DNA from: Candidatus Pelethomonas sp.
GTDB taxonomy: Bacteria > Bacillota > Clostridia > Oscillospirales > Oscillospiraceae
NCBI GenBank assembly: GCA_045658885.1
Contig: JAZOVU010000040.1
Coordinates: 7,062-39,061 of the forward strand
DNA length: 32,000 nt
Direction: 5' to 3'
Positions 17,514-26,141 of this stretch are shown piece by piece. Position numbers and translations under genes: made by a program. Numbering within the stretch: the stretch's first letter is position 1; each line of letters starts with the position of its first letter. The notes under the pieces are model-generated. The model saw only the letters and a program-made list of their open reading frames with translations, was not told the DNA's origin and made no database searches.

Positions 17514-18861
17514 ATTTTTCATAATGAATTTTTTCGATTTTGCCGTACCCTGTGGCTGGAATATCGTCATATAGGTTGTCAAACACGATTTCTCGTATGT
17601 ACTCGGAGAGGTCATCTGGCGACTCTCCGTTTATTTTTATTTTTTCAAGATATACATTTTTTGCAACCGAGGAAAAGCAAGGGTCGAAATATTCGATTTG
17701 ATTTGCCCCACGCGCACTCTTCGGACCTATGCACATAAGATACGCATACGGATGCTTTTCCTTGTCGGCACGGAAGCGAATATTCTTAAGATATAGATTT
17801 TCAATATTTAGTCCAAGCTCAAAGCCGGCAAAGCTTCCCTTTATAGGGTCGTTTGTTATATATCCGTCAAGCAAATCTATCGGAGCATCAAGATTTATAT
17901 CAATATCCTCAAATAAAATCCGCTCACCACTTCCAACGCTAACCCTTTCTTGTGGAATTGTTGGACTGTACGGTGGAGTTTGGCAGTAAAGCTTAAAGGT
18001 TTTTATGCCCGAGATGCGACGGAAAATCGCATCGGTAAGAGAGCAGTCAATGCTTGTGCCGTCATCGTAGGTGTAAACTCCGGGCTCAATTCTTAGCGCC
18101 TTGTAATAGCTGTTTTTCGATAACTCAAGGTCTTGACAAATTACGCTCTTGCAAGGACCGAAGTTGATTGATGAGTTTTGCCAGTCGAACATATTAAAGG
18201 CAACAAGGTCGTCGCCAACCTCGCCTCGAATATCGCTTATAAGCGCGTTTTCAACATTTCCGTTTATGTGTAGACCGTCGGCAAAGCAGCTTTCAAAGCG
18301 AATGCTTTCAATTACAATATCACGCGCATCACCTATTTGTACAGCGAAAGCGCCACAGCATCTGAATTTGAGATTTTTGAGCGTCAAGTGGTTGATATTT
18401 TCGAGAAGCATATAGGTCGAAACACCAAAAAAGGAGCGATTTTCGTCATACATTCCGTTTTGTCCGTAGCCAAGGCGACTTTTGCACCAATCCTCCCAAA
18501 TTCCACCCTCAATTGTGATGTTTTCGTTTCGTGGAGCGGTAATCGGTGCGTGAGTGCCATCGGCGGTATTAGAATTGCGTAGTGCCAAAGCCTTAACACC
18601 GTCAAGAAGTCGAATTACAGCACCGTCCTCGCATATAATATGCCTGTTTGACGGGATTATAATAGGTCTTTCGATAATGTGAGGGGAGTTAGATGCAGGA
18701 ATTATAATTCTTTCGTGCTCGTCAAGTGCGCTCTGAAGCGCATTCGAGAAGTTGTCGTATTTGTCAAGGCGTACCTCGTCGTGAAGTGAAGCGCAAAGAC
18801 GCTCGTTGCGTTCCTTAACCTCGCTTAAGAGAGCCTCTAGATTTTTAGTTAAATTTTCCAT
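17512..18861 (-). CDS. Cytoplasmic protein with right-handed parallel beta-helix (pectin-lyase-fold/GH28-like) repeats
   Basis: Repetitive I/V-x-I-x-N/D-type turns (ITIEGGIW, LTLKNLKF, IVIESIRF, LHINGN) and no signal peptide. I prefer ATG 18861 (GAGG SD), 7 nt after the upstream stop. Confidence 0.55.
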   Translation of the reverse strand: MENLTKNLEALLSEVKERNERLCASLHDEVRLDKYDNFSNALQSALDEHERIIIPASNSPHIIERPIIIPSNRHIICEDGAVIRLLDGVKALALRNSNTADGTHAPITAPRNENITIEGGIWEDWCKSRLGYGQNGMYDENRSFFGVSTYMLLENINHLTLKNLKFRCCGAFAVQIGDARDIVIESIRFESCFADGLHINGNVENALISDIRGEVGDDLVAFNMFDWQNSSINFGPCKSVICQDLELSKNSYYKALRIEPGVYTYDDGTSIDCSLTDAIFRRISGIKTFKLYCQTPPYSPTIPQERVSVGSGERILFEDIDINLDAPIDLLDGYITNDPIKGSFAGFELGLNIENLYLKNIRFRADKEKHPYAYLMCIGPKSARGANQIEYFDPCFSSVAKNVYLEKIKINGESPDDLSEYIREIVFDNLYDDIPATGYGKIEKIHYEK

Positions 18862-18868
18862 AATTACC

Positions 18869-19264
18869 TCATTTATCGCCACAGGATGCGCCCTTTTTGC
18901 GTGGCATTTTGGGCTTTGTAAGGTCGTAGCTTAGGTCAACTAGCCATTCTATTGTGTGATTATCAACGCTTCCGTCGAGGGCAAGCGAAAGCCAATGCGC
19001 GCGATTCATATGATACGCAGGGAAAATTCCGTTCTCTTGCCACATAGAATCAATAATCTCCTGTGGACATTTTACGTTGACAATGTCGATTTTGTCATCA
19101 CTTGAAAGCCCAAGCTTTCTTTTTGAAATTGTCATCAAAAGCGCAAACCATTTTCGATTTGATGTGTGGCGAAAAACAAGCGTAGAGTCGTATTCCTCAA
19201 ACGGATTGTCGCCGATAACGCCGTATTTTTCAAGTATGTGCGCCTTGAATTCCTCTTTTGTCAT
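18869..19264 (-). CDS. MmcQ/YjbR-family DNA-binding protein
   Basis: 131 aa with the family-typical DNPFE..VFRH..NRKWFALL..VNVKC..PAYHMNRAHWLSLALDGS pattern. Confidence 0.75.
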   Translation of the reverse strand: MTKEEFKAHILEKYGVIGDNPFEEYDSTLVFRHTSNRKWFALLMTISKRKLGLSSDDKIDIVNVKCPQEIIDSMWQENGIFPAYHMNRAHWLSLALDGSVDNHTIEWLVDLSYDLTKPKMPRKKGASCGDK

Positions 19265-19324
19265 ATAATCAGCCCCTTTGATAAAATTATATCATAAAAC
19301 AATGCGCTTTTCAATACAAAATAC

Positions 19325-19353
19325 TTGAAAAAGGCTTATACCTTTGTTATAAT
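19325..19353 (+). promoter_or_regulatory. Promoter for the seven-gene operon
   Basis: TTGAAA (19325-19330), 17-nt spacer, TATAAT (19348-19353). A CGAAGCAC-AAA-GTGCTTCG hairpin sits in the short leader. Confidence 0.55.
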
Positions 19354-19410
19354 AAAAATAGAATTCGAAGCACAAAGTGCTTCGCGATATAAAAAATAAA
19401 GGAGATGCTT

Positions 19411-20154
19411 ATGGCAAACGACGGAATATCCATTGATAGAATAATATCAAGGCTTGACGAATATTTAAGCAAAAACGACCAAGAGGGCGCAAAAAGGCAT
19501 CTTCATTATTGGCTTGACGAGGCGATAAATGCCAAAAACGGCAGAGTAGAGCTTCTTTTAAGAAACGAGCTTATGGGAATTTACCGCAAGAACGGCAATC
19601 GCTCCCTTGCTCTTGAAAATGCCGAGGGAGCTCTTGCAAAAATCAAGGAGCTGGGAATTGAGAGTCAGGTCGGCTCGGCAACGACTTATCTAAACGTTGC
19701 AACCGTGTATAAATCCTTTGGAATGGCAAAGGAGGCATTACCAATATTCGAAAAAGCTAAGGCAATTTATGAGTCAAGCCTTGAAAAAAACGACACAAGG
19801 CTCGCAGGGCTTTATAATAATATGGCGCTTGCCTTGGTTGACGAGGGGATTTTCGACAGGGCATATGAGCTTTATGATAAGGCGCTCAAAATTACAAACG
19901 GTACGCTTGAAACGGCAATAACGCACCTTAATATTGCAAGCGCAAAAGAGGCAGAGCTAGGACTCGAGGACGCTGATGAGCAAATACAAAAGCGACTTGA
20001 AAGCGCACGCGAGATTTTGGAAAATCACGAAAACCAAGACGGCTACTACGCCTTCGTTTGCGAAAAGTGTGCGGGCGTTTTCGGCTATTACGGACACTTT
20101 CTTTACGAGCAAGAATTAAACGAAAGGGCAAGGAAAATTTATGAAGGGAATTGA
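19411..20154 (+). CDS. Tetratricopeptide-repeat protein
   Basis: TPR-like A/Y/L periodicity (ATTYLNVATVYKSFGMAKEALPIFEKA, LYNNMALALVDEGIFDRAYELYDKAL). ATG 19411 has proper spacing from GGAG. The ATG at 19405 abuts the SD. Confidence 0.65.
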   Translation: MANDGISIDRIISRLDEYLSKNDQEGAKRHLHYWLDEAINAKNGRVELLLRNELMGIYRKNGNRSLALENAEGALAKIKELGIESQVGSATTYLNVATVYKSFGMAKEALPIFEKAKAIYESSLEKNDTRLAGLYNNMALALVDEGIFDRAYELYDKALKITNGTLETAITHLNIASAKEAELGLEDADEQIQKRLESAREILENHENQDGYYAFVCEKCAGVFGYYGHFLYEQELNERARKIYEGN

Positions 20155-21079
20155 GCTATCCGAAGCGTTTTATAACGAATACGGCAGAGCGATGCTAGAG
20201 AATTTTCCGCATCTGTCGGATAAAATCGCGGTAGGTGTGTGTGGAAGTGGCTCGGAATGCTTCGGCTACGATGATGAAATTTCTCGCGACCACGATTTTG
20301 AACCGGGCTTTTGTATTTTCTTGCCTGACGAGGAAATTATTGATTCCAAAACTGAATTTCAGCTTGAGCGCGCTTATACGAAGCTCCCAAAGGAGTTTAA
20401 GGGATATAAAAGAAGTGTTTTGAAGCCTGTTGGCGGTGCGCGCCACGGAGTGGTTAGAATAAGCGACTTTTTAATGGATAAAACAGGCACTAAAAACGCG
20501 GAGCTTTCTCCTCGCGAATGGCTTACAATCCCTGAGCAAGCGCTTGCCGAGGCAACTAACGGAAAAATCTTTTTCGACGGTCTTGGCGACTTGACCAAAA
20601 TAAGAGAGCGCCTTTCGTATTTGCCCGAGGGCGTAAGGCGCAAAAAGCTTGCGGGAAATCTTCTCATTATGGCACAGTCGGGACAGTATAACTACTCGCG
20701 ATGCGTGCTAAGGGGCGAAACCGCATCGGCACAGCTCGCTGTTTTTGAGCTTGTAAAAAGCGCGCTTAATGTGATATTTTTGCTAAATAAGCGATACATC
20801 CCCTACTATAAATGGACCTTTAGGGCACTTCGTGAGCTTCCGTTGCTCTCGCATCTTTATACGAAGCTCGAATATCTTTTGACAAGCTCGAATGAAGGAA
20901 ACGAGGCAACGAAGAAGCAAGCGTTAATCGAGGAAATTTGCTCAGAGATAATAGAGGAGCTTAAGGCACAGGAGCTAACCTGTATTGACACGCTTGACCT
21001 CGAGCCTCACGCATACTCTGTAAACGATAAAATCACCGACCCAACGCTTCGCAATCTTCACATTCTTTGTGCAATTTAG
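20141..21079 (+). CDS. Nucleotidyltransferase-fold protein (DUF4037-like)
   Basis: VCGSGSECFGYDDEISRDHDF matches the G-S-x(n)-D-x-D pol-beta NTase motif. It overlaps the TPR gene by 14 nt. The family name is from memory. Confidence 0.6.
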   Translation: MKGIELSEAFYNEYGRAMLENFPHLSDKIAVGVCGSGSECFGYDDEISRDHDFEPGFCIFLPDEEIIDSKTEFQLERAYTKLPKEFKGYKRSVLKPVGGARHGVVRISDFLMDKTGTKNAELSPREWLTIPEQALAEATNGKIFFDGLGDLTKIRERLSYLPEGVRRKKLAGNLLIMAQSGQYNYSRCVLRGETASAQLAVFELVKSALNVIFLLNKRYIPYYKWTFRALRELPLLSHLYTKLEYLLTSSNEGNEATKKQALIEEICSEIIEELKAQELTCIDTLDLEPHAYSVNDKITDPTLRNLHILCAI

Positions 21080-21087
21080 GAGTAGAT

Positions 21088-21894
21088 ATGAAAACGATAC
21101 TTATAACAGGCGCATACGGTGGAATGGGCTATGCAACGGCAAGGCTCTTGCGCGACAGGGGATACACTGTTTTCGCCCTTGATTTAAAAGTAAGGGATGC
21201 CGAGGAAAACATAATTCCAATCGAGGCGGACATCACAAGCGAAAAGAGCATCAAGGACGCGCTTGATACGGTAAGGGCGCACACGGACTCCCTTGATGCA
21301 ATCGTGCATTTCGCAGGCGTATATATGCTTGACTCTCTTGTAGAAATGGACACGGGTGCGTTCGATAAGATTTTTGATGTCAACGTTCGTGGAGTGTTTT
21401 TAATCAATAAGCTTTTTATGCCACTTTTGAAAAACGGCTCGAGAATTCTTATCACCACAAGTGAGCTAGCCCCACTTGACCCACTTCCGTTTACTGGAAT
21501 ATATGCCGTTACCAAGGGCGCGCTTGATAAATATGCCTACTCGCTTAAAATGGAGCTTCAGCTTCTCGGAATAAACGTGAGCGTGCTTCGCGCAGGCGCA
21601 GTCGATACCGGAATGCTCGGCGCATCGACCAATGCTCTTGATAAGTTTTGCCAAAAAACAGGGCTTTACTTATGTAACGCAGAGCGCTTTAAGAGTATAG
21701 TCGAAAAGGTCGAGGCAAGGTGCGTTCCACCTGAAAAAATCGCAAAAAAGAGTGCCAAGATTTTGTCAAGGCGCTCTACCAAATTCGCATACACCATCAA
21801 TCGAAATCCACTTTTGCTCCTTCTTAACGCGCTTCCAAAGCGCCTTCAGCTGTGGGCAATAAAAATGGTTTTAAAGAATAAAAAGGAAAAGTAA
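21088..21894 (+). CDS. Short-chain dehydrogenase/reductase (SDR)
   Basis: TGAYGGMG cofactor motif and YAVTKGAL (YxxxK catalytic motif). AGGAG SD. Confidence 0.8.
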   Translation: MKTILITGAYGGMGYATARLLRDRGYTVFALDLKVRDAEENIIPIEADITSEKSIKDALDTVRAHTDSLDAIVHFAGVYMLDSLVEMDTGAFDKIFDVNVRGVFLINKLFMPLLKNGSRILITTSELAPLDPLPFTGIYAVTKGALDKYAYSLKMELQLLGINVSVLRAGAVDTGMLGASTNALDKFCQKTGLYLCNAERFKSIVEKVEARCVPPEKIAKKSAKILSRRSTKFAYTINRNPLLLLLNALPKRLQLWAIKMVLKNKKEK

Positions 21895-21899
21895 GAATT

Positions 21900-22604
21900 A
21901 TGAGTAAGTATAAATATCAGCTACATTTACATACATATCCATGCTCCAAGTGTGGGGCTATGACTCCCGAGGAGCTTTGTAGAGCCCTTTTCGAAAACGG
22001 CTATCAGGGCGCAGTTATAACAAACCATTTCTATCACGGAAATTCGGGAATTGACAGGAGCGAGCGCACCTCGTGGAACGAATTTGTTAAGGCATATGAA
22101 AACGATTATCTTGAATGCGTTGAGCAGGCAAAAAAGTACGACCTCGATATAATCTTTTCAGTCGAGGAGGGACTTGGCGACGGAGTGGAGATTTTGTGCT
22201 ACGGTGTAACTCCAAAAATTCTTTACGATAACCCCGCTTTAAGAAATTGCTCACCCGAGGAGTGTCTTAAAATAATGCGTGAAAACGGTGTCGTTTTAAT
22301 TCAGCCTCATCCGTTCAGAGAGGCATCGTATATTTCAAGACCGGGACCCTTGCCTCCCACGCTAATCGACGGCATAGAGGTTTATAACTCAGGCAACGCA
22401 AGTGAGGAAATGAACAAAAAGGCGATGGCTCTTGCCGAGGCAAATCCGCATCTTATCAGAACCTCGAGTGCCGATGCGCACTCGTCGGACCGTGTTGGCT
22501 ACGGTGGAATTATGGTTAAAGAGAGAATTAAATCAACCGAGGACCTGGTGAGAATTCTCAAAAGTGGCGACTACGGAATGATTTTCCCACCAAAGGAGAG
22601 ATAA
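21900..22604 (+). CDS. PHP-domain metal-dependent phosphoesterase
   Basis: The N-terminal LHLHT motif, ITNH, and a later QPHPFRE and DAHS pattern are consistent with the PHP His/Asp metal ligands. Confidence 0.65.
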   Translation: MSKYKYQLHLHTYPCSKCGAMTPEELCRALFENGYQGAVITNHFYHGNSGIDRSERTSWNEFVKAYENDYLECVEQAKKYDLDIIFSVEEGLGDGVEILCYGVTPKILYDNPALRNCSPEECLKIMRENGVVLIQPHPFREASYISRPGPLPPTLIDGIEVYNSGNASEEMNKKAMALAEANPHLIRTSSADAHSSDRVGYGGIMVKERIKSTEDLVRILKSGDYGMIFPPKER

Positions 22605-22605
22605 A

Positions 22606-23652
22606 ATGAGAAAAATAATCGATAGCCATCTTCATATAATCAATTGGCGCGAGGGCGATTTTATTTCCTGCTTTGACAGCTACGTTAAGAAAAACGAGCT
22701 TAGCGCTATAAATATTTGCTCCGTTCCGTTTGAGCGCTCGAACGTAAGCAACAACATTATGCTCGGTCTTTACAAGCTTGCGTGTCCTAACACATACGTT
22801 CACGCGGGAATAGAGCTTCTTGAAATTCCAATAGACAATATGCCGTCCGATATGGACGCGGTAACGCAGTATAGAGAGCTAATGGAAATAGGCTTTGACG
22901 GAATAAAAATGCTAGAGGGCAAGCCAAACGAGCACAAAAGAGTAGGCGGAAACCTAAATCATCCGTCGCTTAATGCCCTTTACGCCGAAATGGAGAGGGA
23001 CGGCACGCACCTTCTTATGCACGTAAACGACCCCGACGAGTTTTGGGACCTTGATAGAGCGCCACAGTGGGCAATTGACAAGGGCTGGACGTATACCGAC
23101 GGCACGTTTGCCTCATACGAGGAAATTCAAAGACAAACAATAAAAATTCTCGAGGATTATCCAAGGCTTTCACTTACCCTGGCGCACTTCTTCTTTTGTA
23201 GCAAGACTCCCGAGCTTTTGGAAAAGCTCTTTGCCCTTTATCCAAATCTTTGCGTGGATTTGACCCCAGGTGGCGAGATGTATGTGGAATTCGAAAGAAA
23301 TTACGGCTACTACAAGGACTTTTTTGAAAAATATCATCAAAGACTTATCTTCGGCACTGACCGTAGCCGTGGCTGTGATGAGAAATTTGCCGATTGGCTT
23401 TACAATATGGTTACAACCTTCGTTGGCACGGACAAGAGCGTAACAAGCTTCGAGGGTAAGGAACTAAAGGGACTCGGTCTTTCAAGTGAAAAGAGCGACA
23501 ATATCCTCTTTGCTAACTTTGAAAAACGCGTTGGAGTGTCGCCAAAGCCGATGAACAAGGAAAAATTTAAGGCGTATATTGAAAAATATTACTTTGCAAT
23601 AAGCGACGGGGAAAAGAAAAAACTCGCTCCGTTAATTGAGAAGTATTTGTAA
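22606..23652 (+). CDS. Amidohydrolase-superfamily (Amidohydro_2-like TIM-barrel metal hydrolase), paralogue 1
   Basis: N-terminal DSHLHI (HxH metal motif), then HVNDP and GTD later. Clear paralogue of 24745-25809. Confidence 0.65.
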   Translation: MRKIIDSHLHIINWREGDFISCFDSYVKKNELSAINICSVPFERSNVSNNIMLGLYKLACPNTYVHAGIELLEIPIDNMPSDMDAVTQYRELMEIGFDGIKMLEGKPNEHKRVGGNLNHPSLNALYAEMERDGTHLLMHVNDPDEFWDLDRAPQWAIDKGWTYTDGTFASYEEIQRQTIKILEDYPRLSLTLAHFFFCSKTPELLEKLFALYPNLCVDLTPGGEMYVEFERNYGYYKDFFEKYHQRLIFGTDRSRGCDEKFADWLYNMVTTFVGTDKSVTSFEGKELKGLGLSSEKSDNILFANFEKRVGVSPKPMNKEKFKAYIEKYYFAISDGEKKKLAPLIEKYL

Positions 23653-23662
23653 GAGGATAAAT

Positions 23663-24748
23663 ATGGAAAAGAAGAAAATAAAGCTTGGCGTCGTAGGGCT
23701 TAAAAGAGGCGCATACGTTGCTTGGACGCTTATAGGAGACGACAATGTTGTCATTCGTGCGATTGCCGATAGCAATCCCGAGGTCTTGAAGGCGTGCAAG
23801 GAGGATTATATTAAAAACGGAGTTACCGACCTTCTTTGCTTTGATAGCATTGAGGAGCTTTTAAAAAGCGATATTGACGCAGTATATATCGCAACCGATA
23901 AGCCACTTCACACAAAGCATACGGTAATGGCACTTGAGGCAGGTAAGCACGTGCTTAGCGAAATTCCGTCAATTGAAACGCTTGAGGAGGCAAAAATCCT
24001 TCGTGATGCAGTGAAATCCCACCCTGAGCTAAAATATATGGCAGGCGAAAATTGCTTTTATTGGCACTTTATTCAGGAGTGGAAGAAAATGTACGAGGGT
24101 GGCAGATTTGGCGACATCTTGTATGCCGAATCCGAATATCTTCACGCACCTCACCCCGACGAAATCAAGCCCTATGAGCCCGAAAATCATTGGCGCAGAT
24201 ATAGCTCGGCAATCTCGTATCTTACACACAATCTAGGACCGCTTCTTTACATTTTGGACGACTACTGTGTGAGTGTTTCCTGTATGGTTCCCGATTCGGC
24301 AAAGTATAATCCGTACAGAGAACCGGGCGAAAACGGAATCGCAATCTTCCGTACAGCCAAGGGCGCGGTAATCCGTATATTTATCGGATTTGGTATGTAC
24401 GTTGGCTACGACCACAACTTTGCCCTTTACGGCACGAAGGGAAGCATCCTGACCGATAAAACAAAGCCTCTTGAAGAGGCACACTCGTTTGCGAAGCTTT
24501 ACGATACTCCCGACACCTTTGAAAAATTTGTCGAAATTCCCGTTAAGCTTTCCGAAACCGATGACGTTTACGGACACGGTGGAGTTGACGCAAAGATGAT
24601 TCGCGACTTTATAAATTGCACAATTAACGACACAGAGCCCCTTATCGATGTCGATATGGGCATAAGAATTTCACTCCCCGGCATTATCGCAACCGAATCG
24701 GCAAGGCGTGGCGGAGAGCTACTTGAAATCCCAAAGGAGATACTATGA
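23663..24748 (+). CDS. Gfo/Idh/MocA-family NAD(P)-dependent oxidoreductase
   Basis: N-terminal IKLGVVGLKRGA Rossmann motif and the EIPS/EKP-like motif (HVLSEIP). Start at ATG 23663, after an AAGAGGA SD. Confidence 0.75.
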   Translation: MEKKKIKLGVVGLKRGAYVAWTLIGDDNVVIRAIADSNPEVLKACKEDYIKNGVTDLLCFDSIEELLKSDIDAVYIATDKPLHTKHTVMALEAGKHVLSEIPSIETLEEAKILRDAVKSHPELKYMAGENCFYWHFIQEWKKMYEGGRFGDILYAESEYLHAPHPDEIKPYEPENHWRRYSSAISYLTHNLGPLLYILDDYCVSVSCMVPDSAKYNPYREPGENGIAIFRTAKGAVIRIFIGFGMYVGYDHNFALYGTKGSILTDKTKPLEEAHSFAKLYDTPDTFEKFVEIPVKLSETDDVYGHGGVDAKMIRDFINCTINDTEPLIDVDMGIRISLPGIIATESARRGGELLEIPKEIL

Positions 24749-25809
24749 GTCAAGAATTCCCAAAGGTTAAGCATAAAACAATCGACTCTCACCTACATAT
24801 ATACACTTGGCAAAACGATGAGGGAGAATACTTTTTTCATTGCTTTGAGGACTATAAAAAGGAAATGGGCTTGTCCGCTATAAACGTTTGCGCACTCCCC
24901 TCGGGCTATGGAAGCGACGTTACAAGTAATCTTATGTGTGCGGTGTATAAGCTAATAAACAAGGACACCTTCGCCCACGCAGGACTTCTTTACGATAAAT
25001 ACCCAATGGGCGACACGTTACCCGACGAAATGAATTTTATAACTCAGCTTGACGAGCTCGAGGCAATCGGTTTTGATGGAATTAAAATGATAGAGGGCAA
25101 GCCGACAATGCATAGGACAATCGGCAAGAATTTGCTGAACTTAGAGCACGATAAATTCTTTGCCGAGGCTGAAAAAAGAGGTACGCATATCGTTCTCCAC
25201 GCAAACGACCCAAAGGAGTTTTGGACAACCGAGGGGCTCGATTACTACGGAGATGACACTTACGCAAGCCACGAGGAGCTTTACCGTCAGGTGTACGCAA
25301 TTTTGGAAAAGCATCCAAATTTGTGCGCAACCTTTGCTCACTTCTTTTTCAAGGGCGACAAGCCTCAGGATTTGATAGATTTGTTTGAAAAGTACCCCAA
25401 CGTGTGCGTGGATTTGACTCCCGGTTGGGAAATGTATATTTCGTTTTACGATAATAAGGAATATTTTAAGGACTTCTTTACAAGGTATTCCAAAAGGATT
25501 GTTTTAGGTACAGACGCCGACTTTCCAAGCAAAACCGAGAGCAGTATGTGGCGCGTGGATAGAGTTTATAGATTTTTGTCAAGCCCCGATATCGTAAAGG
25601 GCGTTGCCGATAGATACGAGTCGGGAATGTGTCTCCCCGATGAGGCAATAGAGGATATTACCTATAAAAACTTTGAGCGTCGCGTCGGCACCTCGCCAAA
25701 GCCAATCAATAAGGACGCCCTCAAGGCCTATTACGCAAAATATAAGCACCTCATGACCGAAAAGGACATCGCCTTCACCGACGAGGTCTTCGCAAAATTC
25801 GTTGACTAA
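24745..25809 (+). CDS. Amidohydrolase-superfamily protein, paralogue 2
   Basis: Shares blocks with paralogue 1 (paralogue 1 listed first in each pair): DSHLHI, LSAINICSVP/LSAINVCALP, IGFDGIKMLEGKP/IGFDGIKMIEGKP, RGTHLLMHVNDPDEFW/RGTHIVLHANDPKEFW, YPNLCVDLTPG/YPNVCVDLTPG, and NFEKRVGVSPKP/NFERRVGTSPKP. Its start overlaps the previous gene's stop in an ATGA. Confidence 0.65.
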   Translation: MSQEFPKVKHKTIDSHLHIYTWQNDEGEYFFHCFEDYKKEMGLSAINVCALPSGYGSDVTSNLMCAVYKLINKDTFAHAGLLYDKYPMGDTLPDEMNFITQLDELEAIGFDGIKMIEGKPTMHRTIGKNLLNLEHDKFFAEAEKRGTHIVLHANDPKEFWTTEGLDYYGDDTYASHEELYRQVYAILEKHPNLCATFAHFFFKGDKPQDLIDLFEKYPNVCVDLTPGWEMYISFYDNKEYFKDFFTRYSKRIVLGTDADFPSKTESSMWRVDRVYRFLSSPDIVKGVADRYESGMCLPDEAIEDITYKNFERRVGTSPKPINKDALKAYYAKYKHLMTEKDIAFTDEVFAKFVD

Positions 25810-25811
25810 TC

Positions 25812-25841
25812 AAAAAAGAACTCCAAACGGAGTTCTTTTTT
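25812..25841 (+). terminator. Intrinsic terminator ending the seven-gene operon
   Basis: AAAAAA-GAACTCC-AAAC-GGAGTTC-TTTTTT. Confidence 0.75.
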
Positions 25842-25898
25842 GTTGTTTTTTAAAAAATTATTGCAAAATTTGTAGCCAAAAAGGATAGTTCAAGGTGA

Positions 25899-25927
25899 TT
25901 GACAAAACGAGCAGAACATGATATAAT
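25899..25927 (+). promoter_or_regulatory. Consensus sigma-A promoter of the RNase III-like/XRE operon
   Basis: TTGACA (25899-25904), exactly 17 nt, TATAAT (25922-25927). Confidence 0.65.
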
Positions 25928-25933
25928 GAAACC

Positions 25934-26141
25934 ACAAGAAGGCGGTATGAATATTTAAACGGCTGGACATAAAATGAGAATATTTGATTTTAACTATGCA
26001 AGTGGTTAATTTCAAATGGTAGCGATTTATGTAATGCATTTTAACTATTTGTGCCCGATGAAAGCGCACGGGATACGTGGGCTTTGTCGGGCTATACTTA
26101 TACCTTCTTGTAGAAATTACTATAAGGAGGTTGTTTTTATT
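25934..26141 (+). promoter_or_regulatory. Unusually long (~200 nt) 5' leader with long-range pairing
   Basis: ACAAGAAGG (25934-25942) is perfectly complementary to CCTTCTTGT (26103-26111). GCCCGA (26053-26058) pairs with TCGGGC (26087-26092), enclosing CACG-GGATA-CGTG. The AAGGAGG SD is at 26124-26130. Confidence 0.35.
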
